Below are positions 1 to 6,700 of a stretch of 14,646 nt of DNA, one piece after another. Under the pieces are notes generated by a model that saw only the letters and a program-made list of their open reading frames with translations, was not told where the DNA came from and searched no databases. Both the position numbers and the translations under genes were made by a program. Position 1 is the stretch's first letter; the number at the start of each line of letters is the position of its first letter. Source of the DNA: Candidatus Nanohalobium sp. (GTDB lineage Archaea; Nanohalarchaeota; Nanosalinia; Nanosalinales; Nanosalinaceae); assembly GCA_042217545.1 (NCBI GenBank), contig JBDGSM010000079.1:1-14646 (forward strand), read 5' to 3'.

Positions 1-2
1 AG

Positions 3-560
3 TATCAGATCAGATCTCCAATTGTCTGGGGAGGAAAAGAAGCAGAGAACAATAACCACTCCACTCCTGCACCGGGTCAGGGCAACGGACCTGGAACAGA
101 GACAACGGAGCAGCCTACTTCGACATCTCAAACAGAAACAACTACTACTTCCACGACGCAGCATACTACAACTGCGACGCCGGATCTCGAGTACGACAGT
201 ATCTCTCAAGGTCTTCTTGAAGAGAGCGATCAGACACAGCAGGGATTCAAAGGTTACTCCCTGACTGCGTTGAGTTCGCAGCTTGATGGCGTAAGCATCC
301 AGGAAGCTGTTGAAAACACAAGCGACTACGAGGCCTCTATCAGGGACGCTCTTGAAGGCACCCAGTACTTCGAAGATGAAGGAATCTTCAGGCTGGGCGA
401 GTACGGAGTTACCTCCGAAGATCCTAATGGTAAAGGCGTTGACCTCGTGGACCAGATTGGTTCGTCTCACAAGTTCGACACCTACATGGACAACCTCGAA
501 CAGAGAGGGGAGCTTGAGGACCAGATGTTCGGCTACGTCGAAAGCCTTGAGAGGGTTTAA
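3..560 (+). CDS. 5'-truncated protein with a Pro/Gly/Thr-rich linker and an acidic C-terminal domain (probably exported or surface-associated)
   Basis: The frame of the 270..560 ORF is open back to the window edge: YQIRSPIVWGGKEAENNNHSTPAPGQGNGPGTETTEQPTSTSQTETTTTSTTQHTTTATPDLEYD... The TTG at 270 is therefore internal. A pyrimidine tract follows the stop. Confidence 0.8.
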   Translation, partial: YQIRSPIVWGGKEAENNNHSTPAPGQGNGPGTETTEQPTSTSQTETTTTSTTQHTTTATPDLEYDSISQGLLEESDQTQQGFKGYSLTALSSQLDGVSIQEAVENTSDYEASIRDALEGTQYFEDEGIFRLGEYGVTSEDPNGKGVDLVDQIGSSHKFDTYMDNLEQRGELEDQMFGYVESLERV

Positions 561-561
561 A

Positions 562-590
562 CCCTTTTCCCCACATTTATCTTTTCCAAC
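562..590 (+). terminator. Archaeal-type T/pyrimidine-rich terminator
   Basis: cccttttccccacatttatcttttcc immediately after the TAA at 558-560. Confidence 0.5.
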
Positions 591-627
591 AGTTCAAAGA
601 ACATATCTTAATCACGACATGAAAAAC

Positions 628-641
628 GGTGATACAAAATT
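628..641 (+). promoter_or_regulatory. Shine-Dalgarno GGTGA followed 6 nt later by a putative ATT start
   Basis: acGGTGAtacaaaATT mirrors acGGTGAacaaatATG at 1861-1876, with identical spacing. Confidence 0.5.
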
Positions 642-1835
642 AGCTTCAGAGACGGCCTCTACGATGACTTCGACGCGCCCACGGCATGGGCATCCGCACA
701 GAACAGTGCGAACGCCAAGCCTAACCACAGGAAGACATTTCTCAGGGACAACGGCCTACTGAACAGGGTAGGCCTCAAACAGGAGGACATTGAAGTCAAT
801 GGGGACGAAGTCCGTGTGGGCGATGAAAAAGTAGATAGTATAAATGAAGAATTAGCGGGGGAAGGCCTTGGCGAGCTTACCTTCCTGCCTACTGCCGCTT
901 TCAGGAGAAATATGTCTTCGCAGGACTTTGAAACACTTTCTGAAAACGTTCAGATGGTCAATCCTGCCCCGATACCCAGCTTCCTGGGGGACAAGGCGGA
1001 GCAGAACTGGACTTTCTGGGATGGTCCAGGCACTGTTCCGGGATATCAGCCTCTGGACTTCTATGCTCAAACATATAGTGATATGGAGAAGGCTATTGAG
1101 GAGGTTCAGGATGATATTATCGATGATGTTCCCCTGGTGATAAAGCCGAGAAGTTCAAGCTGTGGAAACGGCATCTACTTCTACCCGGGAGGAGTCGATG
1201 AAATGGTGGAGGACTGGAGGGAAGAAGGAATCCCGCAGGGCTATCTGGCCCAGTATGCAATCCCTCACGAGTTCGATCTGAGAACTATCGCCGCAAAAGA
1301 TACACCGGTAAACGGGATGAGGCGATATGGCAATCCCGACACGGACAGGGCAAATCTCAGCCTTCTGGACAGCAAATCAACTGAAGGTAAGGCGAAAAAA
1401 GCTCTTGAACAAGGTGCTGCAGAAGGCGTAGATATAGATGAACTTGACCCCGCAGTTCAGAACATGGTCGAGGACCACGTGGAGGCCTTCGCCGAAGAAT
1501 ACGAAAAAGATCTGGACGAGCTTGAGACATGGGTTGGCTGGGACTTCCTGGCAGTAGATCCCTACGACAGAGATCTACAGGAGTATCCCGATGAGATCGT
1601 AGAGCCGCTTCTTCATGAAGATTATCAGACTGAGGACGGCAACTACCTGATATTCTGTGAAGGCAACCTATCACCTGGGTCGATCATCGACTACATAAAT
1701 CAGGAGCCAGAACAGGATACTGCGGCAAACCTCTGGAACTATGTGGACTCCGTAAGCAGGGGAGAAGAGTTCGAGAGAGGAGTTCCTGATGTGATGGATA
1801 TCGAAACCCTTCAGGATAGATACCGAAGCCTATAA
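639..1835 (+). CDS. Divergent RimK/LysX-like ATP-grasp ligase, about 398 aa (start uncertain; ORF track gives GTG at 816)
   Basis: ATP-grasp motifs in the expected order: VNP...GDK, PLVIKPRSSSCGNGIY, YLAQYAI, DLR, R...RANLS, GWDFL, EGNLSPG. The frame is open from 633. Strongly acidic composition. Confidence 0.8.
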   Translation: MSFRDGLYDDFDAPTAWASAQNSANAKPNHRKTFLRDNGLLNRVGLKQEDIEVNGDEVRVGDEKVDSINEELAGEGLGELTFLPTAAFRRNMSSQDFETLSENVQMVNPAPIPSFLGDKAEQNWTFWDGPGTVPGYQPLDFYAQTYSDMEKAIEEVQDDIIDDVPLVIKPRSSSCGNGIYFYPGGVDEMVEDWREEGIPQGYLAQYAIPHEFDLRTIAAKDTPVNGMRRYGNPDTDRANLSLLDSKSTEGKAKKALEQGAAEGVDIDELDPAVQNMVEDHVEAFAEEYEKDLDELETWVGWDFLAVDPYDRDLQEYPDEIVEPLLHEDYQTEDGNYLIFCEGNLSPGSIIDYINQEPEQDTAANLWNYVDSVSRGEEFERGVPDVMDIETLQDRYRSL

Positions 1836-1867
1836 AAAGATTATTATGGTTTATTACCTTACGGTGA
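1831..1867 (+). promoter_or_regulatory. TATA box (TATAAAAA, overlapping the ATP-grasp stop codon) plus SD GGTGA for the 1874 gene
   Basis: TATAAAAAGATT at 1831, GGTGA at 1863-1867, ATG at 1874. The same layout (TATAAAAGATT...GGTGA) occurs at 8522-8557. Confidence 0.55.
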
Positions 1868-1873
1868 ACAAAT

Positions 1874-2311
1874 ATGAGTGACGGAGTGCCTGGCCCAAGA
1901 GAACACCCTCCATTGAACGGAGCGACAAATTATGGTGAAGAGGCTGGCGATCATTTGAGTGATGGTTCAAAACCGGGAAGAGGACAAGATACTATTAACG
2001 GAGGTGAATCACGAATGGGAAGAATTGACGACATTGAAGGTAGAGTTGACCACTACATGGATCAGGGAATGGATGTCATGGACGCAGCAAAAGCAGCTTA
2101 CGATGACATCGCCACACAGTACGAGAACGATGCAGCAAACATGGAAGAAGTACAGACCGCAGTTCAGGAACTTGAAACTTACGTAGAGAACAAAGGCGGC
2201 GACCTAGAGGCTGCAGCAGCTGTTCTAGACACAAAGATTGACGACGCACTAGACAGAGCTGACAACGCAAGCGACAGAATGGACGACGTCTACAACGACC
2301 TTCTAGGATAA
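1874..2311 (+). CDS. Acidic helical/coiled-coil protein, paralog A (145 aa; alternative in-frame start at 2015 gives a 98-aa core)
   Basis: SD before the 1874 ATG and a perfect GGAGGTGA before ATG 2015. The core is D/E-rich with heptad-like hydrophobics and is duplicated in the next gene. Confidence 0.8.
   Translation: MSDGVPGPREHPPLNGATNYGEEAGDHLSDGSKPGRGQDTINGGESRMGRIDDIEGRVDHYMDQGMDVMDAAKAAYDDIATQYENDAANMEEVQTAVQELETYVENKGGDLEAAAAVLDTKIDDALDRADNASDRMDDVYNDLLG
2000..2007 (+). promoter_or_regulatory. Internal consensus archaeal Shine-Dalgarno GGAGGTGA
   Basis: Lies 7 nt upstream of the in-frame ATG at 2015 (MGRIDD...). Confidence 0.65.
2024..2089 (+). repeat. 66-bp exact direct repeat, copy 1 (copy 2 at 2600-2665)
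   Basis: attgacgacattgaaggtagagttgaccactacatggatcagggaatggatgtcatggacgcagca is identical at an offset of 576. Confidence 0.95.
2159..2202 (+). repeat. 44-bp exact direct repeat, copy 1 (copy 2 at 2735-2778)
   Basis: gcagttcaggaacttgaaacttacgtagagaacaaaggcggcga is identical at an offset of 576. Confidence 0.95.
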
Positions 2312-2319
2312 CCACATAT

Positions 2320-2358
2320 ACTTCTTTTACTTTCTTCCAAACAACTTTTGAACTTTTC
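2320..2358 (+). terminator. T-rich terminator after paralog A
   Basis: cttcttttactttcttcc...acttttgaacttttc downstream of the TAA at 2311. Confidence 0.5.
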
Positions 2359-2383
2359 ACCGGGTTTCTGCCCCCAAAACAAC

Positions 2384-2416
2384 TTTAAAGATATGTCATC
2401 TTATGATAACAACATG
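2384..2416 (+). promoter_or_regulatory. Leaderless-type promoter, copy 1 (TTTAAA box 30 nt before ATG 2414)
   Basis: TTTAAAG-ATATGTCA-N7-ATAACAAC-ATG; 26/33 identical to 2981-3013. Confidence 0.65.
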
Positions 2417-2887
2417 TTTGGGTCTGGAAACAACGGAAAGTCAAATGAAGAGGTAATCAGAGAGATGGAGCGTCAGGCTGAGAGAACTGGAACGCCTGTT
2501 ATAACAGAGATCTCACAGGAAGTAACTGTTTACGATTTTTCGGTCCAGGATGAAGAAACAGGTTCAGATCTATTTGGGGATTCATCTGAAAACGGCAGGA
2601 TTGACGACATTGAAGGTAGAGTTGACCACTACATGGATCAGGGAATGGATGTCATGGACGCAGCAGAGGCTACCTATGCTGATATCAACGCTGCTTATGA
2701 CGGAGGTTCGGTGAAAGTGGAAGATATACGGACTGCAGTTCAGGAACTTGAAACTTACGTAGAGAACAAAGGCGGCGATCTTCAGGCGGCCAAAGCATCA
2801 ACCACGACAGAGATAGACGATGCCCTGGAAAGAATAAGCAATGCGAGCGAAACGATAAACGATGTATATGATGACCTTCTAGGCTAG
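2414..2887 (+). CDS. Acidic helical protein, paralog B (unique N-terminus plus a core shared with paralog A; alternative start 2393)
   Basis: The C-terminal ~97 aa are colinear with paralog A (GRIDDIEGRVDHYMDQGMDVMDAA...TAVQELETYVENKGGDL...YDDLLG). Start chosen from TATA spacing. Confidence 0.8.
   Translation: MFGSGNNGKSNEEVIREMERQAERTGTPVITEISQEVTVYDFSVQDEETGSDLFGDSSENGRIDDIEGRVDHYMDQGMDVMDAAEATYADINAAYDGGSVKVEDIRTAVQELETYVENKGGDLQAAKASTTTEIDDALERISNASETINDVYDDLLG
2600..2665 (+). repeat. 66-bp exact direct repeat, copy 2
   Basis: Identical to 2024-2089. Confidence 0.95.
2735..2778 (+). repeat. 44-bp exact direct repeat, copy 2
   Basis: Identical to 2159-2202. Confidence 0.95.
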
Positions 2888-2980
2888 CTATACCTCCTGC
2901 TTGCGCCCCTAATTGTCCCTGGAAACCTCTTTCTAAAATTTTGCATCCTTTCAATCCGAAACGCAGCCTCAAGCACAAGG

Positions 2981-3013
2981 TTTAAAAATATGTCACTCAA
3001 CAATAACAACATG
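2981..3013 (+). promoter_or_regulatory. Leaderless-type promoter, copy 2 (TTTAAA box 30 nt before ATG 3011)
   Basis: TTTAAAA-ATATGTCA-N7-ATAACAAC-ATG, same spacing as 2384-2416. Confidence 0.65.
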
Positions 3014-3385
3014 GGCAGAGTAGATGTTGATATCCCGGACAGGTTGGATGACATTACTGATGATGTCCTTGATTCCATGGATGATGCAGGCAATGCCCTT
3101 GATGCACATGATGAGGCATGGGACAAGTTAGAGAGGAACCTGAACAGGATGAATGCCAAGGAAATAGCCCGTCTATATGCAGAGGAAGATATCCCTTATG
3201 ACGCTGCAAAAGAGTGGGAAGAGATGGTCGACCTGAAGTACAGGATGGCCGGAGAAGAAGCTTTCTTTGACAATATGCCCGACGATCAAAGGCCTTCCGA
3301 GATGTACAGGCTTGGAGCCTACGAACCCTCTGGCATACTTGAGCGAATCGGACATTCAATCACCGGAAGGTGGTACGATGACTGA
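3011..3385 (+). CDS. Acidic helical hypothetical protein, possible diverged paralog C (alternative start 2990)
   Basis: N-terminus MGRVDVDIPDRLDDITDDVLDSMDDAG resembles MGRIDDIEGRVDHYMDQGMDVMDAA. Acidic composition and a shared promoter motif. Confidence 0.8.
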   Translation: MGRVDVDIPDRLDDITDDVLDSMDDAGNALDAHDEAWDKLERNLNRMNAKEIARLYAEEDIPYDAAKEWEEMVDLKYRMAGEEAFFDNMPDDQRPSEMYRLGAYEPSGILERIGHSITGRWYDD

Positions 3386-3776
3386 TGAAAAACGTGTCAA
3401 CAGAAGAGTCATAAACAAAGCCATTGGGGGAGGGGTATTGGCAGTCCTAACTGGTGGGGCATATGTAGCCGAGAACGAAGGTTACACAAACTTTGTGGGA
3501 GAGAGATCAGGCTCAAAAGGTGGAGGAACACCAGAGAAAAAAGGATATCAACCCGGCGAAATGTACGACTGGGACTCTGTGGAGAAATGTCTTTCAAGCG
3601 ACCAGGAGGAATCGGTCTCCGAAGTTGTAGGCCGTTACGACAACCTCTCAAGAAATGATCTAGGATACTCTGTAGAAACGGACGGAAACGTCGTAATGCA
3701 CAGGCCTTCCAAGGATGGATACAAGCCTGTGGCGGAAACCCGGGACAACGACTTCATGTGCGATATAAATTATTGA
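3378..3776 (+). CDS. Small exported or membrane-anchored protein with a twin-Arg (Tat-like) N-terminus, 132 aa
   Basis: SD-like GGAAGGTGG before ATG 3378, which overlaps the upstream stop (ATGACTGA). Sequence MTDEKRVNRRVINKAIGGGVLAVLTGGAY followed by a Gly linker; two Cys. Confidence 0.75.
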   Translation: MTDEKRVNRRVINKAIGGGVLAVLTGGAYVAENEGYTNFVGERSGSKGGGTPEKKGYQPGEMYDWDSVEKCLSSDQEESVSEVVGRYDNLSRNDLGYSVETDGNVVMHRPSKDGYKPVAETRDNDFMCDINY

Positions 3777-3780
3777 TACT

Positions 3781-6700
3781 ATGACACTAAAACACAACTC
3801 AAAGGCCTTAATCTTCGCAATTTTGGCAGTTCTATTTGTAGCATCTGCTTCAGCTTATACCTCGCAGTTTACAACTTCGCCTCCGAATACGCAGCCGGTA
3901 GGCGAAAGCTTCACTATCGCTGGCAAAGTCGGCCAGAGCGGATCATGGGAGTCGGATCTCGAATCCATAATGATCGAGTCAAGCCCAGAAGGCAGCTCAA
4001 CATGGTTCGTCCAGAAAGAGAAAGATTACGGATGCTTTGGCTCGAGCTGCACAATTTCATCGGACAGCATAAGTCACGACACCGCTGAAGATGTCGAGTA
4101 CAGAATTGTGGCGATGAACAACGTAGGTAACACGGTTCCCTACTCACCGGGTCCTAAAACAGTAACTTTCCAGCAACAGGGACCGGCAGTAGAACTGGCC
4201 TCAGTCACAGCCTCAGACTACAGCGTAAGCAAGAGCGACGGCTCAACAACGCTCAAAGCAGGTATAACCAATAACAGAGATACTGAACTCTTCGTACACA
4301 TGATATGGAAGGCAGACTCAACTGAGATCGCGTCAGGATGGTACTACATAAACGCAGGCTCTACAGAAACAGTTACAAAACAGGTAACATACAGCACACT
4401 GGAGAGCAACCTCCAGACAGATACGGCGTACGATCTCAAAGGCAAAGTCAGCTACAGCGATGTAACAGACACGAAGACGGCACCACAGACCTTGAAAGTG
4501 GAGTCGCACCAGAAGGCCCCCCCATCCGTGCACATCACCAATATCAGAAGCACGGACACGCATATCAACAAAGGAGAAACTACGCATTTCAAGGCCGATC
4601 TAAGGCCTAACACAGATATAGGCTATCTTGAAGTAGATTTCAAGTCGGATGGAACCCTTCTGAAGAGCAAGTCTCTCTACGACCTCTCTGGCAGTAGCTC
4701 TACTACTGCAAGCGTTTCAATGTCCTGGAGCGATCTGAAGGACAAGCTGGGCACAGGTAAACATCACAAACTAACTGTGAAAGTCCACAACTACCAGCTA
4801 ACCAACTCTGAGACGGAGAGTGATGCTTTTTTCCTTGCATCACATCAGAAAGATTTCAATATAGTAGACTACGGGCCTGAAGGAACGGTCCACAACCCTG
4901 TCAAGCTCCATCTCAAGCTTGACGACAATCCATCGACAGGATGGTGCAAATGGAAGGAAGGAAGTTCGGTCAGCAGGGACTCAGGCACTTTAATGGCCAA
5001 GCCGGACTCCTCAGAACCGAAGTGGAAGTACAGCAAACATTTCTCAGAAGGCTCACACAAAGTGACCTTCCAGTGCTTCAACGGCCAGAGAACACTCACA
5101 TCTGAGAAGACCACAACGTTCACAGTAGAAAAACAGAACCAGCAGAAAGTAGCGATCACAGCCCTCAGAAGCACACTTGACACTATCAATCAGGGAGAAA
5201 CTACGCATTTCAAGGCCGATATCAAGGCCTACAGGGACATAAGTTACCTTGAGGTTGACTTCTACGTCGATGGAAAGAAGGTAAGGGACAACCAGGTGTG
5301 GAACCTGGGAAGTGGCGATACAAAGACGGTTTCCAGCAGCGTAACCTGGAACGATCTCAGGAATAAAGTGGAGACCGGTCAGCATCACGACCTGAAGGTA
5401 AAACTCCACAACTACCAGATAGATAAGTCAAAGACCGAGAACAACGCATTCTACCTCTCGGAAAAGGAGGGGACTTCCTGCAGGAAGTTCTCGGATTCGA
5501 ACCTGGATCCAGAACTCCAGAACTTCGAGAGCATAGCAGAGGAGGGGAACAGCTATGACTCCGGGATCAAACTGAATAACAACGGAGGCAGTGATGTAAG
5601 CGGAAACCTGGGGATCTATGTGAAGAGTTCCAATCAGCTGATGGACTGCAACTACTACAAAAACCATTACAACGATATGGCCAGCTTTGCAGGCGGGAAC
5701 GTCAACGCAAACGCGGGAAGTTCCGGCTCATTCAGCTTCAGCTACTCTGGAAAACCTGTAGATGATCTTGAGTACGGCGAGACCTATGTCCTGGTCGCAG
5801 TCTTCCACTCGGACTCCACGGTATACGTGGGAAATGTAGGATCCATCCAGTGGCGGAAATCCCGGAACGGAGACAACAGTCCTACAGCAAGCTTCACATG
5901 GGACAAGCATCCAGCGAAAGTCGGCCAGACCGTCACATTCGACGGATCAGGAAGCAGCGATCCCGATGGCGATATAGAACAGTACAGATGGAGCTTCGGC
6001 GACGGAACCGGCTACAAACACGGAAGCGAGGAGACACATACCTTCGGGTCTCCAGGAACATACGATGTAACGCTCAGAGTAAAGGACTCCAAGGGCAACA
6101 AGGACACAGTCACAAAATCAGTGACCGTAGTCCAGCAGGGAAACAACGGAGGCTCACAGAAACCATCCGCTAGCTTCACATGGAGCCCAGGACAGCCATA
6201 TCCTGGAGACACCGTAACCTTTGACGCCTCGGGAAGCAGCGATCCCAACAGCGACATCGTCGACTACACCTGGTACTTCGGCGACGGAAACACAGGCCAT
6301 GGAAGAACAGTAGACCACAGCTTCAGCAACACAGGGGACTACGACGTACAGCTGGTAACTGAGGACTCCCAGGGTAACACAGACACCGCAGTAAGAACAG
6401 TTCCAGTAGTCAGAAATCCTGCGGCCTGCTCCTACCAGCTCAGCGGAATAAGATTTGACAAGGAGATAATCCGGAGAGGAACATCAACCTCGGCATCAGT
6501 AACACTATCCAACCTTGGAAAGAAACAGGTATTCAACGTCAAGTTCACCCACTCAGCCGATACAGTTAGAGAAACAGAGATCACTGTAGACGCACACTCT
6601 CAGAGAACACTTTCCGCCAGCGTAAGCCCCCACAAAGACAGCATGATAGGGGTCAAAGTCAGCACAGAGGACGCACCGTGCGGACACACCCACAAGAAAA

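Noticed and set aside
100..180. ACA/ACT/ACG-rich quasi-repeat
   Set aside because: Simply encodes the Thr-rich linker; not an independent DNA repeat.
22..762. ORFs 22..264 and 310..762
   Set aside because: Alternative-frame shadows of the real acidic CDS (3..560) with Arg/Ser/Thr-rich, non-native composition. Only ATG 619 within the second ORF is retained as a possible frameshifted start.
2015..2311. WXG100/ESAT-6-like or Pup/SAMP-like identity for the 98-aa core
   Set aside because: Size and helicity fit loosely, but there is no W-x-G motif, no C-terminal GG/GGE and no beta-grasp pattern.
2024..2778. CRISPR-like repeat/spacer arrangement
   Set aside because: Only two copies each of two different blocks, in frame within paralogous genes; no regular repeat-spacer period and no cas genes.
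2024..2887. Diversity-generating retroelement TR/VR pair
   Set aside because: Mismatches between the copies are not adenine-specific (e.g. GCT/ACC, TAC/TAT, GAC/GAT), both copies are intact coding sequence, and no reverse transcriptase is in the window.
3267..3377. N-terminal extension of the 3267..3776 ORF
   Set aside because: Overlaps gene C out of frame; the SD and signal-like N-terminus point to ATG 3378.
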